A stretch of 64,000 bases of DNA from an uncultured Acidimicrobiaceae bacterium (GTDB lineage: Bacteria; Actinomycetota; Acidimicrobiia; Acidimicrobiales; RAAP-2), in NCBI GenBank assembly GCA_937894805.1, contig CALAYR010000136.1, positions 2,084-66,083 of the forward strand. The letters run 5' to 3'. The notes under the pieces are model-generated. The model saw only the letters and a list, made by a program, of their open reading frames with translations. It was not told the DNA's origin and searched no databases. This document shows, piece after piece, positions 42,259-53,034 of the stretch; within the stretch, counting starts at the first letter, position 1, and each line of letters starts with the position of its first letter. Both the position numbers and the translations under genes were made by a program.

Positions 42259-42492
42259 CACCACTCTCAGGGCCCCCGATCCGACTTTGCGTTGGACGGG
42301 GGTCTTGGAGTAGGGTGGTACTCCCGCCGGAAGCGGTGGGAATCGGATCCAACTTGTTGGATCCACAGATGATGTGACTGGTTGCCCCTTGCGGGAACGC
42401 CAGTCCGAACCATTCGAGCGCTCCGTTCGGGTTCGGTCCCGAACGGAGCGTCTGTGTGTCGGGTTGGTCCGACGCACAGGAGTTAAGGAGAA
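42259..42492 (+). ncRNA. highly structured 234-nt intra-operon spacer (candidate cis-regulatory leader, processing site or inserted structured element)
   Basis: Six consecutive hand-folded hairpins: 42271-42304, 42322-42341, 42345-42364, 42376-42405, 42419-42450 (13 perfect bp) and 42453-42478 (10 bp). No ORF exceeds 20 codons. It ends at the rplC SD aaggag (42485-42490). Confidence 0.4.
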
Positions 42493-43158
42493 ATGAACGT
42501 GACGACCAAGTCGATCGTCGGTGAGAAGGTGGGCATGACCCAGGTTTGGGACGAGCAAAATCGTGCCATCCCTGTGACCGTTGTCCGGGTTAGCCCGGTG
42601 CGTGTCGTGCAGATCAAGACGCCGGACAAAGAGGGTTACTCCGCATTGCAGGTGACGTGGGGAACCCGTCGCCTCTCTACGTTGACGCAGCCAGAGCGTG
42701 GACACTTTGACAAGGCTGGAGTAACGCCAGGTAAGGCGCTCGTTGAGCTCCGCTTGGAAGATGTCTCGTCATTCACTATCGGTCAAGAGATCGGTGCTGA
42801 TGTCTTTGAGAAGGGCGAGATGATTGACGTCACCGCCGTGAGCAAGGGCAAGGGCTTCGCTGGTGGTATGAAGCGCCACAACTTCAAGGGTCAAGGCGCC
42901 GCACACGGTAACCACAAGCACCACCGTGCTCCTGGTTCCATCGGTGCCTGCGCTACCCCTGGTCGCGTATTCAAGGGTACGAAGATGGCGGGACGTATGG
43001 GTGGCGAGCAAGTCACCACGACGAACCTCGAAGTCATCGGCGTCGACGTTGAGCGCAACTTGGTACTCGTCAAGGGTGCTGTTCCTGGTTCCAAGGGTGG
43101 CGTCGTTGTCATCCGCACTTCGGTGAAGAACCCAATGAAGGCTGGAGGCAAGCGATGA
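42493..43158 (+). CDS. rplC: 50S ribosomal protein L3
   Basis: 221 aa; GEKVGMTQVW and FKGQGAAHGNHKHHRAPGSIG. Confidence 0.97.
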   Translation: MNVTTKSIVGEKVGMTQVWDEQNRAIPVTVVRVSPVRVVQIKTPDKEGYSALQVTWGTRRLSTLTQPERGHFDKAGVTPGKALVELRLEDVSSFTIGQEIGADVFEKGEMIDVTAVSKGKGFAGGMKRHNFKGQGAAHGNHKHHRAPGSIGACATPGRVFKGTKMAGRMGGEQVTTTNLEVIGVDVERNLVLVKGAVPGSKGGVVVIRTSVKNPMKAGGKR

Positions 43159-43829
43159 GCACCTTTACTCTCCGTGGTCCGATTGAAAAGCCCGCCAAGG
43201 TTCTCGCCACTCGTACGGTTACCCGTCGTGACGTAACCGGCAAGGAGCTCGGCACCGTAACGCTCGAGCCAACGATCTTCGGTCTTGAGCCCAACGTTCC
43301 CGTTCTCCACCAAGTCATCACCGCCCAGCTCGCTGCCAAGCGCGCCGGTACGCAGTCGACCAAGACGCGTAAGGAAGTTCGTGGTGGTGGTAAGAAGCCG
43401 TTTAACCAGAAGGGAACCGGTGGCGCTCGTCAGGGAACCATTCGTGCTCCTCACTACCCCGGTGGTGGTATTGCGCACGGTCCAAAGCCACGTAAGTACA
43501 CCCAGCGCACCCCTAAGAAGATGGTCCGTTTGGCCCTCTTCTCGGCCCTGTCCGACCGTGCGCAGTTGAACCAAATTCTCCTCGTTGACAAGTTCAGCTG
43601 GGAAACCCCCAAGACCAAGGACGCGCTCAGCTTGTTGGCCGCCCTCGGTGCCACGGGCAAGGTGCTCGTCGTCTTGTCTCGCGAGGACTTCGTTGCCGGT
43701 GCGAGCTTTCGCAACCTGGACTACATCAACACGATTGATGCGAGTGAACTCAACGCGTACGACGTACTGAACGCCGACTGGGTCATCTTCTCTGACGAGA
43801 CCCTGCCGACCGCTAAGGAGTCCAACTAA
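43155..43829 (+). CDS. rplD: 50S ribosomal protein L4
   Basis: 224 aa; GGGKKPFNQKGTGGARQGTIRAPH. Confidence 0.97.
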   Translation: MSTFTLRGPIEKPAKVLATRTVTRRDVTGKELGTVTLEPTIFGLEPNVPVLHQVITAQLAAKRAGTQSTKTRKEVRGGGKKPFNQKGTGGARQGTIRAPHYPGGGIAHGPKPRKYTQRTPKKMVRLALFSALSDRAQLNQILLVDKFSWETPKTKDALSLLAALGATGKVLVVLSREDFVAGASFRNLDYINTIDASELNAYDVLNADWVIFSDETLPTAKESN

Positions 43830-44119
43830 TGCATGACGCTTCAACAATCCTGCTTCGTCCAGTCGTGTCGGAAAAGACCTACGGCTTGATGGACAACAAC
43901 GTGTACGTCTTTGAAGTTGCTAAGTACGCCACCAAGATCGACGTGCGTCGTGCCGTCGAGCAGGCGTTCAACGTAACTGTCACCAATGTCAACACACTCA
44001 ACCGCAAGGGCAAGTCGATGCGTAATCGCCGCACTGGTGTCGAGGGCAAGCGCCCCGACCAAAAGCGCGCCATCGTCACCCTCAAGGCGGGCGACTCGAT
44101 CAACCTCTTCGAGAGCTAA
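43829..44119 (+). CDS. rplW: 50S ribosomal protein L23
   Basis: 96 aa; [24 protein letters not shown]. Confidence 0.95.
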   Translation: MHDASTILLRPVVSEKTYGLMDNNVYVFEVAKYATKIDVRRAVEQAFNVTVTNVNTLNRKGKSMRNRRTGVEGKRPDQKRAIVTLKAGDSINLFES

Positions 44120-44127
44120 GGAACACT

Positions 44128-44961
44128 ATGGCCCTTCGTCATCGCAAGCCAACTAGTCCCGGCCGTCGTTTCCAGACGGTCTCGGACTTTGCTGAGCTCA
44201 CCACTGACCGTCCCGAAAAGTCGCTCCTCGCTAAGAAGAGCCGCACCGGTGGACGTAACAGCTACGGTCGCAAGACCTCGCGTCACCGTGGTGGTGGACA
44301 CAAGCAGCAGTACCGTATCGTCGACTTCAAGCGCAACAAGGACGGCATTCCGGCCAAGGTTGCAACCATTGAGTACGACCCAAACCGCACCTGTCGAATC
44401 GCGTTGTTGCACTACCTCGATGGTGAGAAGCGCTACATCCTCGCTCCTAACGGCCTCAAGGTCGGCGACCGCGTTGAGTCTGGCCCCAAGGCCGACATCA
44501 AGACCGGTAACGCCCTCCCCATGCGCTACATCCCAACTGGTTCAGTGGTCCACAACGTGGAACTCCGTCCCGGTGGTGGTGGCAAGATGGCCCGCAGTGC
44601 CGGCATGAGCGTTCAGCTTGTCGCTAAGGATGGCGGTTTCGCTACCTTGCGTCTTCCTTCAACGGAAATGCGCCGCGTGCCAATCGACTGTGTCGCCACA
44701 CTCGGCATCGTCGGTAACTCGGAGCACGAACTGATCAAGATCGGTAAGGCTGGTCGTAACCGCTGGAAGGGCAAGCGCCCTCAGACTCGTGGTGTGGCTA
44801 TGAACCCGGTCGACCACCCACTCGGTGGTGGTGAAGGTAAGACCTCCGGTGGTCGTCACCCGGTCAGCCCTTGGGGTCAGCCAGAAGGTCGTACTCGTCT
44901 GCCTAAGAAGTCAGATGATCTCATTATTCGTCGTCGCCGTGGTCGCGGCTCGCGGAGGTAG
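44128..44961 (+). CDS. rplB: 50S ribosomal protein L2
   Basis: 277 aa; [30 protein letters not shown]. Confidence 0.97.
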   Translation: MALRHRKPTSPGRRFQTVSDFAELTTDRPEKSLLAKKSRTGGRNSYGRKTSRHRGGGHKQQYRIVDFKRNKDGIPAKVATIEYDPNRTCRIALLHYLDGEKRYILAPNGLKVGDRVESGPKADIKTGNALPMRYIPTGSVVHNVELRPGGGGKMARSAGMSVQLVAKDGGFATLRLPSTEMRRVPIDCVATLGIVGNSEHELIKIGKAGRNRWKGKRPQTRGVAMNPVDHPLGGGEGKTSGGRHPVSPWGQPEGRTRLPKKSDDLIIRRRRGRGSRR

Positions 44962-44968
44962 GTAGAAC

Positions 44969-45247
44969 ATGGGTCGTAGTTTGAAGAAGGGTCCGTTCAT
45001 TGACGGACACCTATTGAAGAAGGTCGACGCAATGAACGCGTCGGGCGAGAAGAAGGTCATCAAGACCTGGTCTCGTCGTTCGACGGTCATTCCTGACATG
45101 GTCGGTCACACCCTCGCAGTTCACGACGGTCGTCGTCACGTCCCGGTGTACGTCACCGAGTCGATGGTCGGCCACAAGCTTGGCGAATTCGCTCCAACGA
45201 AGACGTTCAAGTTCCACGCAGGACAAGAAGTGAAGGGTAAGCGCTAA
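44969..45247 (+). CDS. rpsS: 30S ribosomal protein S19
   Basis: 92 aa; [11 protein letters not shown] and [13 protein letters not shown]. Confidence 0.97.
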   Translation: MGRSLKKGPFIDGHLLKKVDAMNASGEKKVIKTWSRRSTVIPDMVGHTLAVHDGRRHVPVYVTESMVGHKLGEFAPTKTFKFHAGQEVKGKR

Positions 45248-45858
45248 TGGCCGGTACCAAGACCAACGAGCGTCCCGGCGTCCGCGCCTCACTGAGCAAC
45301 TTCGGCATGTCGGCCAGCAAGGCCCGCGTCGTCCTGAACTTGATCCGTGGCGAAGACGTACAGACCGCTCGCGACATCCTCACCCTCACCACGCGTGAGG
45401 CTGCTGGCGTCATCAACAAGGTTCTCGCTAGTGCAGTTGCGAACGCCGTAAACAACTCGGGCTACTCCGCCGACGAGTTGTACGTCGCCGCCGCCTACGC
45501 CGACGAAGGTCCAACGATGAAGCGTTTCAGCCCCCGCGCTCGCGGTCGTGCTGGTCGCATTAACAAGCGCAGCTGTCACATCACCGTGATTGTCGCCCGC
45601 ATGGACGACGACCGCCTCGCGATCTTGAACGCTGCCCGCAGCGCTCAGGCCGCTGCATCACGCTCACGCCGCGTGGCCGGATCACGTACCAAGAAGAACG
45701 AAGCAGCTGACACGACGCCCGTCGTGGAAGAGGCCGTAGTGGAAGCACCACAGACCGAGGTCGTCGCTACTGATGTAGTTGAGACGAACGAGGTTGTCGA
45801 GGTTGCGACCGAACAAGAAGTGGTGTCAGTCGACACCGACGAGGAGACGGACAAGTAA
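45247..45858 (+). CDS. rplV: 50S ribosomal protein L22 with acidic C-terminal extension
   Basis: 203 aa. The uL22 core ([14 protein letters not shown] ... [24 protein letters not shown]) is followed by an about 85-aa Val/Glu/Thr-rich tail. Confidence 0.95.
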   Translation: MAGTKTNERPGVRASLSNFGMSASKARVVLNLIRGEDVQTARDILTLTTREAAGVINKVLASAVANAVNNSGYSADELYVAAAYADEGPTMKRFSPRARGRAGRINKRSCHITVIVARMDDDRLAILNAARSAQAAASRSRRVAGSRTKKNEAADTTPVVEEAVVEAPQTEVVATDVVETNEVVEVATEQEVVSVDTDEETDK

Positions 45859-46802
45859 TGGGCCAGAAGGTAAATCCCTACGGTTTCCGCCTCGGTATTA
45901 CGACCGACTGGAAGTCACGCTGGTTCAACGAGCGTGAATACCGTCAGTTTGTTATCGAGGACTGGAAGATTCGTGACTACCTCACGCGTCAACTAGAGAC
46001 CGCCGCAGTAAGCCGCATTGAGATCGAGCGCAGCAACGACCGCATCCGCGTGGACATCCACACGGCGCGTCCGGGCATCGTTATCGGTCGTCGTGGTGCT
46101 GAAGCAGAGCGCTTGAAGAAGGCACTGGAAGTGCTGACCAACCGCGTGCCGAAGAAGGCCAACGAGGCTTCACCGTTCTCGCTGAACATCCAGGAAATCA
46201 AGCAGCCCGAACTCGACGCTGCCTTGATCGCTCAGGGAATCTGCGACCAGCTGATTCGTCGCGTGGCGTTCCGCCGTGCGATGAAGCGCGCCATCCAGAC
46301 CGTGCAGAAGTCGGGCGCCCTCGGCGTTCGTATTCAGTGCTCCGGTCGTCTCGGTGGTGCCGAAATGTCACGTCGTGAGTCCTACCGTGAGGGTCGCGTG
46401 CCACTGCACACCCTCCGTGCCGACATTGACTATGGCTTCCGTGAGGCTCGTACCTCGACGGGCCGTATTGGTGTGAAGGTCTGGATCTACAAGGGCGACA
46501 TCTTGCCCTACTCGATCAGCAACGAAGCCAAGATTGTTCGCGAAGCTGCCTTGGCCGCTGGCGACTCCGTGGCCACCGATGCTCCTACGCCCAGCGTGGT
46601 TCGTGCCGGTTCCGGCCGTCGCCGCGTGTCGGCTAGCGCGGAAGTTAACCCCGCCGCTGACGCCAGCGCCGGTGTTGCCCCCGCTGACTTGTTGGCTGCT
46701 TCCGACGAGGTCGAGAAGCGGATTTCTCAGGAAGAAGAGATCGAGCGTCGCACTGCTAGCGGTGCCGCCGAGACTCCTCACTTCCGTAAGGAGGTCGACT
46801 GA
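45858..46802 (+). CDS. rpsC: 30S ribosomal protein S3 with C-terminal extension
   Basis: 314 aa; [13 protein letters not shown], a KH domain and [12 protein letters not shown], then an about 95-aa low-complexity tail. Confidence 0.95.
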   Translation: MGQKVNPYGFRLGITTDWKSRWFNEREYRQFVIEDWKIRDYLTRQLETAAVSRIEIERSNDRIRVDIHTARPGIVIGRRGAEAERLKKALEVLTNRVPKKANEASPFSLNIQEIKQPELDAALIAQGICDQLIRRVAFRRAMKRAIQTVQKSGALGVRIQCSGRLGGAEMSRRESYREGRVPLHTLRADIDYGFREARTSTGRIGVKVWIYKGDILPYSISNEAKIVREAALAAGDSVATDAPTPSVVRAGSGRRRVSASAEVNPAADASAGVAPADLLAASDEVEKRISQEEEIERRTASGAAETPHFRKEVD

Positions 46803-46804
46803 TT

Positions 46805-47242
46805 ATGTTGATGCCCCGTAAGGTCAAGCACCGTAAGCAACAGCGCGGTCGTATGACTGGTATGGCCAAGGGTGGCACCGAACTCAACTTCGGTGACTTT
46901 GGTATCCAGGCACTCGAAGCCGGTTGGATTACTGCTCGTCAAATTGAGTCGGCCCGTATTGCCATGACTCGTCACGTCAAGCGTGGTGGTCGTGTGTGGA
47001 TCCGCGTCTTCCCTGACAAGCCCGTAACGCAAAAGCCCGCCGAAACCCGTATGGGTTCCGGAAAGGGAAACCCCGAATTCTGGGTTGCCGTCGTCAAGCC
47101 CGGTCGCGTGATGTTCGAGCTCGCCGGTGTGGACGAGCCATTGGCTCGTGCCGCCATGGAGCGCGCCATCCAGAAGCTGCCGATTAAGTGCAAGTTCGTC
47201 GTTCGTCCTGGTACGCACGGCACCCCGGAGGTAACGATCTAA
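46805..47242 (+). CDS. rplP: 50S ribosomal protein L16
   Basis: 145 aa; [17 protein letters not shown] and [19 protein letters not shown]. Confidence 0.97.
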   Translation: MLMPRKVKHRKQQRGRMTGMAKGGTELNFGDFGIQALEAGWITARQIESARIAMTRHVKRGGRVWIRVFPDKPVTQKPAETRMGSGKGNPEFWVAVVKPGRVMFELAGVDEPLARAAMERAIQKLPIKCKFVVRPGTHGTPEVTI

Positions 47243-47466
47243 TGGCTAAGACCAAAGAACACGTAGCGGAGTTGAAGCTCCTCGGTGACGCCGAATTGAT
47301 TCAGCGTCTCGCCGAGTCCCGCAAGGAACTCTTCAACCTCCGTTTCCAGTTGGCCACCGGCCAGTTGGACAACACTGCCCGCATGGGTGCAGTCAAGAAG
47401 GACATTGCCCGTCTCGCGACGTTCCTGCGTCAGCGCGAGATTGCCTTGGCCGAGGAAGGTAACTAA
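47242..47466 (+). CDS. rpmC: 50S ribosomal protein L29
   Basis: 74 aa from ATG 47242 (TAATG with rplP). [20 protein letters not shown]-type motif. The track ORF start at 47188 is inside rplP. Confidence 0.93.
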   Translation: MAKTKEHVAELKLLGDAELIQRLAESRKELFNLRFQLATGQLDNTARMGAVKKDIARLATFLRQREIALAEEGN

Positions 47467-47744
47467 TGACTGAAAACCTGACCAACGAAACGCGTATCAA
47501 TACGCGCAAGGTTCGTGAAGGCATCGTCGTCTCCGACAAGATGAACGCCACCCTGGTGGTCGCCGTCGAAGAGCGCGTGTCGCACCCTAAGTACAGCAAG
47601 ACCGTGAAGCGCACCAAGAAGCTCTACGCCCACGACGAGAAGAACGACGCCAAGATCGGCGACCGTGTTCGCGTGGAAGAGACTCGTCCCTTGAGCAAGC
47701 TCAAGCGCTGGCGTCTCATCGAGATTTTGGAGCGTGCCAAGTGA
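47466..47744 (+). CDS. rpsQ: 30S ribosomal protein S17
   Basis: 92 aa; [30 protein letters not shown] and [14 protein letters not shown]. Confidence 0.97.
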   Translation: MTENLTNETRINTRKVREGIVVSDKMNATLVVAVEERVSHPKYSKTVKRTKKLYAHDEKNDAKIGDRVRVEETRPLSKLKRWRLIEILERAK

Positions 47745-48109
47745 TTCAGCAAGAATCCCGTCTCAGGGTGGCCGACAACTCCGGTGCGAAAGAGGTGCTC
47801 TGCATCCGCGTGCTGGGTGGTTCACGCCGCCGCTACGCCTCGATCGGTGACGTGTTTATCGCCACCGTGAAGGACGCTATTCCTGGTGCCAACGTGAAGA
47901 AGGGTGACGTAGTGCGCTGCGTCGTCGTTCGCGTCTCCAAGGAAAAGCGTCGTCCCGACGGTTCGTACATCAAGTTTGATGACAACGCCGCCGTGATTAT
48001 CAACGACCAGCTCCAGCCTCGCGGTACCCGAATCTTCGGGCCCGTTGGCCGTGAGCTCCGCGACAAGAAGTTCATGCGAATCATTTCGCTGGCTCCGGAG
48101 GTTTTGTAA
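47741..48109 (+). CDS. rplN: 50S ribosomal protein L14
   Basis: 122 aa; [18 protein letters not shown]. Confidence 0.97.
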   Translation: MIQQESRLRVADNSGAKEVLCIRVLGGSRRRYASIGDVFIATVKDAIPGANVKKGDVVRCVVVRVSKEKRRPDGSYIKFDDNAAVIINDQLQPRGTRIFGPVGRELRDKKFMRIISLAPEVL

Positions 48110-48414
48110 TGAAGATCCGTAAGGGTGACGACATCGTCGTACTCGCCGGCAAGTTCCGCGGTGAGCGGGCCAAGGTGGAAGAGGCTCTGCCCGCTTCAGA
48201 CCAGGTCATTCTCGACTCGCTGAACACTGTTAAGCGACACACCAAGCAGCAGGGTGCAACGCTCCAGGCTGGAATCATTGACAAGGCCATGCCGCTCCAC
48301 GTGTCCAACATCGCGCTGTGGTGCGGTGGACACAAGGGCCCAGCAAAGGTTGGCTTTAAGACCGTCGACGACGTGAAGGTTCGCGTCTGCCGTAAGTGTG
48401 GGGAGGCTCTATGA
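48109..48414 (+). CDS. rplX: 50S ribosomal protein L24
   Basis: 101 aa; [22 protein letters not shown] (KOW). Confidence 0.95.
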   Translation: MKIRKGDDIVVLAGKFRGERAKVEEALPASDQVILDSLNTVKRHTKQQGATLQAGIIDKAMPLHVSNIALWCGGHKGPAKVGFKTVDDVKVRVCRKCGEAL

Positions 48415-48968
48415 GCACCATGCCGCGCCTAAAGGTGCGCTACAACGAAGAGATTCGCGCTCAGCTCAAGACTGAGCTCGAACTCCCAAACATCATGCAG
48501 GTTCCACGCCTGTCCAAGATCGTTATTAACGCCGGTGTGGGTCGTGCGACCCAGCAGGCCAGCTTGCTCGAAGGTGCCCAGCGCGACCTCGAGTTGCTGA
48601 GCGGTCAGAAGCCAATCGTGACCCGTGCGAAGAAGTCCATCGCGAGCTTCAAGCTCCGCGAAGAGCAGCCCATTGGCGCGAAGGTCACCCTCCGCGGCGA
48701 CCGGGCCTGGGAGTTCCTCGACCGGTTGATCTCGGTGGCCATTCCTCGTATCCGTGACTTCCGTGGTTTGAGCGCTAAGTCGTTCGACGGCCGCGGTAAC
48801 TACACGTTCGGTATCAACGACCAGTTGATTTTCCCCGAACTGGACTACGACAAGATCGACGCACCACGCGGTTTCGACATCACCATTGTGACGACCGCGA
48901 TGACCGACGAGCAGGGCCGTGCGTTTTTGCGCGCTTACGGCTTTCCCTTCCGACAGGAGAATCGATAA
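48411..48968 (+). CDS. rplE: 50S ribosomal protein L5
   Basis: 185 aa from ATG 48411 (gggagg SD, ATGA overlap with rplX); [11 protein letters not shown] and [11 protein letters not shown]. Confidence 0.95.
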   Translation: MSTMPRLKVRYNEEIRAQLKTELELPNIMQVPRLSKIVINAGVGRATQQASLLEGAQRDLELLSGQKPIVTRAKKSIASFKLREEQPIGAKVTLRGDRAWEFLDRLISVAIPRIRDFRGLSAKSFDGRGNYTFGINDQLIFPELDYDKIDAPRGFDITIVTTAMTDEQGRAFLRAYGFPFRQENR

Positions 48969-49153
48969 TGGCGAAGAAGTCGCTACGTATTAAGCAGCAG
49001 GCCACCCCGAAGTTTGCCGTGCGTGGTTACACGCGCTGCGAGCGCTGTGGTCGCCCACGCTCGGTGTACCGCAAGTTCGGCCTGTGCCGTATTTGCCTCC
49101 GTGTCATGGTTCACGCCGGTGAAATTCCCGGTGTGACTAAGGCCAGCTGGTAG
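48968..49153 (+). CDS. rpsZ: 30S ribosomal protein S14 type Z (zinc-binding)
   Basis: 61 aa with CERCGR...CRIC Cys4 and a C-terminal KASW. Confidence 0.95.
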   Translation: MAKKSLRIKQQATPKFAVRGYTRCERCGRPRSVYRKFGLCRICLRVMVHAGEIPGVTKASW

Positions 49154-49167
49154 AGGGGAGACGAACA

Positions 49168-49572
49168 ATGACAATGACAGACCCCATCGCCGACATGTTG
49201 ACTCGAATTCGTAACGCGAATTCAGCACAGTTCGACTCGGTGAAGATGCCCGGTTCAAAGCTCAAGGTCTCCTTGGCTCAAATCTTGGAGCGTGAGGGCT
49301 ACATCGGTGGCTTCACGGTCACCACGAACGAAGGCAAGCCCGGCACCACACTCGAAGTTCGACTGAAGTACACGGTCGATCGTCGTCGCACCATCGTTGG
49401 ACTGAAGCGTGTTTCTACGCCCGGTCTACGCATCTACAGGAAGAGCACCGAAATGCCCAAGGTTCTCGGAGGTGTCGGCGTCGCCGTTGTCTCTACGAGC
49501 CGTGGACTTATGACCGACCGAGAGGCACGCAAGCAGAAGCTCGGCGGCGAAGTCCTCTGTTACGTCTGGTAA
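49168..49572 (+). CDS. rpsH: 30S ribosomal protein S8
   Basis: 134 aa; [13 protein letters not shown]. Confidence 0.97.
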   Translation: MTMTDPIADMLTRIRNANSAQFDSVKMPGSKLKVSLAQILEREGYIGGFTVTTNEGKPGTTLEVRLKYTVDRRRTIVGLKRVSTPGLRIYRKSTEMPKVLGGVGVAVVSTSRGLMTDREARKQKLGGEVLCYVW

Positions 49573-49601
49573 TCGACCGAAGGTATTGAGGAGAAATTTA
49601 G

Positions 49602-50141
49602 ATGTCACGAATTGGTCGTAACCCAATCACTGTTCCATCGACCGTCACCATCGCGGTGTCGGGCGATGTTGTTCAGGTCAAGGGACCCAAGGGAACCATG
49701 GAGCGCACCTTGCCCGGCGGTATCACCGTTGCGCAAGAGGGCGACGTGTTAACCGTTGAGCGTTCTGACGACGAGCGCGATCACCGCGCTCTTCACGGAC
49801 TTACCCGTACGTTGATCTCCAACATGGTTGTTGGTGTTACCGACGGTTGGGTCAAGGAACTGGAAATCATCGGCGTTGGTTACCGCGCTGCCGCGAAGAG
49901 CGAATCATCGCTCGAACTGGCACTCGGCTTTAGCCACCCCGTTATCTTCGATGCGCCGGCTGGCGTCACCTTCGAAGTCCCCGCCCCCACCCGCGTCATC
50001 ATTAAGGGCTCGGACAAGGAAGTCGTCGGCCAAGTTGCCGCATCGATTCGTAAGATTCGCAAGCCCGAGCCCTACAAGGGCAAGGGTGTCCGGTACCTCG
50101 GTGAGAAGGTACTGCGCAAGGCTGGAAAGGCGGCTAAATAA
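49602..50141 (+). CDS. rplF: 50S ribosomal protein L6
   Basis: 179 aa; [12 protein letters not shown] and [14 protein letters not shown]. Confidence 0.97.
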   Translation: MSRIGRNPITVPSTVTIAVSGDVVQVKGPKGTMERTLPGGITVAQEGDVLTVERSDDERDHRALHGLTRTLISNMVVGVTDGWVKELEIIGVGYRAAAKSESSLELALGFSHPVIFDAPAGVTFEVPAPTRVIIKGSDKEVVGQVAASIRKIRKPEPYKGKGVRYLGEKVLRKAGKAAK

Positions 50142-50497
50142 TGGCTCGCTCAACTCGAGAACTTCGTATTCGTCGACACCGTCGCGTTCGCAAGAACGTC
50201 ACTGGTACGACCGAGCGCCCACGCGTTGCCGTGTCGCGAACCAACAAGCACATCTCGGCTCAGATCATCGACGACACCGTCGGTCGCACCCTTGCGGCCG
50301 CCAGTTCCGTCGAGGCTGTCTTCAAGGACGTCTCCGGTGGCAACATCGACGGCGCCAAGGCCGTTGCCAAGTCGCTAGCTGAGCGCGCCAAGGCCGCCGG
50401 CGTTACCACGGTGGTCTTTGACCGCGGTGGCTTTACTTACCACGGCCGCGTTGCGGCCTTCGCCGATGCCCTCCGCGAAGGAGGACTGGAGTTCTAA
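50141..50497 (+). CDS. rplR: 50S ribosomal protein L18
   Basis: 118 aa; [20 protein letters not shown] and [26 protein letters not shown]. Confidence 0.97.
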   Translation: MARSTRELRIRRHRRVRKNVTGTTERPRVAVSRTNKHISAQIIDDTVGRTLAAASSVEAVFKDVSGGNIDGAKAVAKSLAERAKAAGVTTVVFDRGGFTYHGRVAAFADALREGGLEF

Positions 50498-51057
50498 TGA
50501 CTGACCAGCAGCAACCCCAATACGAAGAGCGCACCATCAAGGTGAACCGCGTGGCCAAGGTGGTAAAGGGTGGACGTCGCTTCTCCTTCACCGCACTTAT
50601 GGTCATCGGTGACGGCAACGGCAACGTTGGTCTCGGCTACGGCAAGGCCAAGGAAGCCGGTCTCGCCGTGCAGAAGGGCATCGAAGAAGCTCGTAAGAAC
50701 ATGTTCGAAGTGCCAATTGCCGGTACGACCGTTATCCACCCCGTGCTCGGTGAAGCCGGCGCCGGTCGCGTGCTCTTGAAGCCCGCAGCTCCCGGTACCG
50801 GTGTTATCGCCGGTGGTGCCGCCCGTGCCATTCTCGAAATGGCCGGAATCAAAGACGTCATCGCGAAGTCGCTCGGTTCGAGCAACGGCATCAACGTGGC
50901 CCACGCCACGATCGCCGGCTTGAAGAGCCTTCGTAAGCCCGAAGAGCTCGCCGAACTCCGCGGCAAGGCCATGGACCAAGTTGTTCCTGCCGGAACACTC
51001 CGTGCCTACCGTGAGCGTCAGCGCGATCAAGACCTCTTTAAGACTGAGGAGAAGTAA
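50497..51057 (+). CDS. rpsE: 30S ribosomal protein S5
   Basis: 186 aa; [27 protein letters not shown]. Confidence 0.97.
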   Translation: MTDQQQPQYEERTIKVNRVAKVVKGGRRFSFTALMVIGDGNGNVGLGYGKAKEAGLAVQKGIEEARKNMFEVPIAGTTVIHPVLGEAGAGRVLLKPAAPGTGVIAGGAARAILEMAGIKDVIAKSLGSSNGINVAHATIAGLKSLRKPEELAELRGKAMDQVVPAGTLRAYRERQRDQDLFKTEEK

Positions 51058-51059
51058 CC

Positions 51060-51239
51060 ATGACTGACATCAAGGTCACTCAAATTCGTTCGTCCATCGG
51101 CACCAAGCCCAAGCACCGTGGAACCCTCCGCGCCCTGGGCCTGCGCAAGCTCGGTCAGAGCAACGTGCTGCCGGACCGTCCTGAGATTCGCGGCATGATT
51201 GCTCGCGTTCCTCACCTCGTGAAAGTAGAAGAGGCTTAA
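51060..51239 (+). CDS. rpmD: 50S ribosomal protein L30
   Basis: 59-aa ORF below the track cutoff: MTDIKVTQIRSSIGTKPKHRGTLRALGLRKLGQSNVLPDRPEIRGMIARVPHLVKVEEA. Confidence 0.93.
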   Translation: MTDIKVTQIRSSIGTKPKHRGTLRALGLRKLGQSNVLPDRPEIRGMIARVPHLVKVEEA

Positions 51240-51241
51240 TC

Positions 51242-51727
51242 ATGAAGTTGCACGACCTCCAACCATCAAAGGGTTCAACCCACCGCAAGAAGATCGTCGG
51301 TCGTGGTATCGCTGGTAAGGGTGGAAAGACCGCCGGCCGTGGTACCAAGGGTCAGAAGGCTCGTCGCCAGATTCCTGCCGGTTTCGAAGGTGGACAGCTC
51401 CCGCTGCTGCAGCGTATCCCCAAGCTCAAGGGGTTTACTAACCCCTTCCGCGTGGAGTACACCCCCGTCAACCTCGACGCCTTGACCCGTCTCGGCATTA
51501 CCGATGTCACCCCTGAGGTCCTCGTGGCCAATGGTTTGGCCGGCAAGGGTGAGTTCGTCAAGATTCTCGGCCGTGGTGAACTTGGCCTCAAGATCAACGT
51601 CTCGGCGCACAAGTTCTCGGCCACGGCTAAGACGGCCATCGAGGCTGCAGGCGGTTCGACTACTGAACTGCCACTGCCGTTCGCTGTTCGTCCGCCAGCT
51701 GCCGGTAACCAGCACCAGAACCGCTAA
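51242..51727 (+). CDS. rplO: 50S ribosomal protein L15
   Basis: 161 aa; KLHDLQPSKGS and GRGIAGKGGKTAGRGTKGQ. Confidence 0.97.
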   Translation: MKLHDLQPSKGSTHRKKIVGRGIAGKGGKTAGRGTKGQKARRQIPAGFEGGQLPLLQRIPKLKGFTNPFRVEYTPVNLDALTRLGITDVTPEVLVANGLAGKGEFVKILGRGELGLKINVSAHKFSATAKTAIEAAGGSTTELPLPFAVRPPAAGNQHQNR

Positions 51728-51737
51728 GGACTAACCC

Positions 51738-53024
51738 GTGCTCGCCCGTCTTGCGAACATCTTCCGCGTCCCGGATCTTCGGAACAAGGTCCTCTTTACG
51801 TTGGCCGTTGTTACGTTGTACCAACTCGGCTCGTACCTGCCGGTACCGGGCGTTAGTTGGAGCCAGGTGCAGTTGCTGCAAGAAAAGGCCGGCGCCTCGG
51901 GTGCTCTCGGTTTCTTGAATCTCTTCTCGGGTGGCGCACTAACCCGTCTCGCCATCTTTGGTCTCGGTGTTATGCCCTACATCACGAGTTCTATCGTGGT
52001 GCAGTTGCTGACCACGGTTATTCCGAAGTTGACGCAGTGGCGCGACGAGGGTGCCTCCGGCCAAAAGAAGATCACGCAGGCCACTCGCTACTTGACGATT
52101 GCCTTGGCGTTGCTGCAGTCGACCGGTTTGATCTACGCCTTCCACGGCCACACCGCCGGTCTGCTCGGTTTTGACATTGACTTGATTCCGAAGTTCACCT
52201 TCTGGCTCGGCCTCTTTATGGTGCTGGCCTTGACGGCCGGAACGGCCTTCGTGATGTGGTTGGCCGAGCTCGTGACCCAGCGCGGCATTGGTCAAGGAAT
52301 GTCCATCTTGATTTTCTCGTCAGTAGTTTCCGGACTACCGAGTGGTGGCCGTTCGGTCTACGCCCAAGGTGGACCCATCAAGTTCGCCGTCATCGTGAGT
52401 ATTTCGATTGCTCTGCTCGTCGTCATTATCTTCATCGACCAAGGGCAGCGTCGCATCCCCGTGACCTTCGCCAAGCGCGTCGTCGGTCGCAAGATGATGG
52501 GTGGCAATTCGACCTACATTCCGCTGAAGGTCAACCAGTCCGGTGTTATCCCAATTATCTTTGCGAGTTCGGTCCTCTACTTGCCCCTGCTCTTGAGCAA
52601 CATCATTCCGAACGTCGCCTTCCAGAGCTTCGTCAGCAAGTCCTTCACGCCAACGTCGATCCTCTATATCGTGACGTACTTCTTCTTGATCTTGGGCTTC
52701 ACCTTCTTCTACGTGAACATTGCCTTTGAGCCCCACCAGCAGGCGGACCAGCTTCGCCAGCAGGGTGGATTCGTTCCTGGCATTCGTCCCGGTCTGCCTA
52801 CCGAGAAGTTCTTCGCGAAGTTGCTCAACCGCATCACGGTGGTTGGCGCTCTCTTCCTCGCGGCCGTTGCCGTAGTGCCCAGTTTGTTAATGGCCGTGTG
52901 GCACATCAACAAGTTCCCCTTCTATGGAACGACCCTTTTGATCGCCGTAGGTGTTGCCCTCGAAACGATGCGCCAAATCGACAGCCAGTTGATGATGCGC
53001 AACTACGAAGGCTTCCTTAAGTAG
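51738..53024 (+). CDS. secY: preprotein translocase subunit SecY
   Basis: 428 aa with 10 TM helices; LFSGGALTRLAIFGLGVMPYITSSI and ITQRGIGQGMSILIF. Confidence 0.97.
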   Translation: MLARLANIFRVPDLRNKVLFTLAVVTLYQLGSYLPVPGVSWSQVQLLQEKAGASGALGFLNLFSGGALTRLAIFGLGVMPYITSSIVVQLLTTVIPKLTQWRDEGASGQKKITQATRYLTIALALLQSTGLIYAFHGHTAGLLGFDIDLIPKFTFWLGLFMVLALTAGTAFVMWLAELVTQRGIGQGMSILIFSSVVSGLPSGGRSVYAQGGPIKFAVIVSISIALLVVIIFIDQGQRRIPVTFAKRVVGRKMMGGNSTYIPLKVNQSGVIPIIFASSVLYLPLLLSNIIPNVAFQSFVSKSFTPTSILYIVTYFFLILGFTFFYVNIAFEPHQQADQLRQQGGFVPGIRPGLPTEKFFAKLLNRITVVGALFLAAVAVVPSLLMAVWHINKFPFYGTTLLIAVGVALETMRQIDSQLMMRNYEGFLK

Positions 53025-53034
53025 GAGGGTGACA

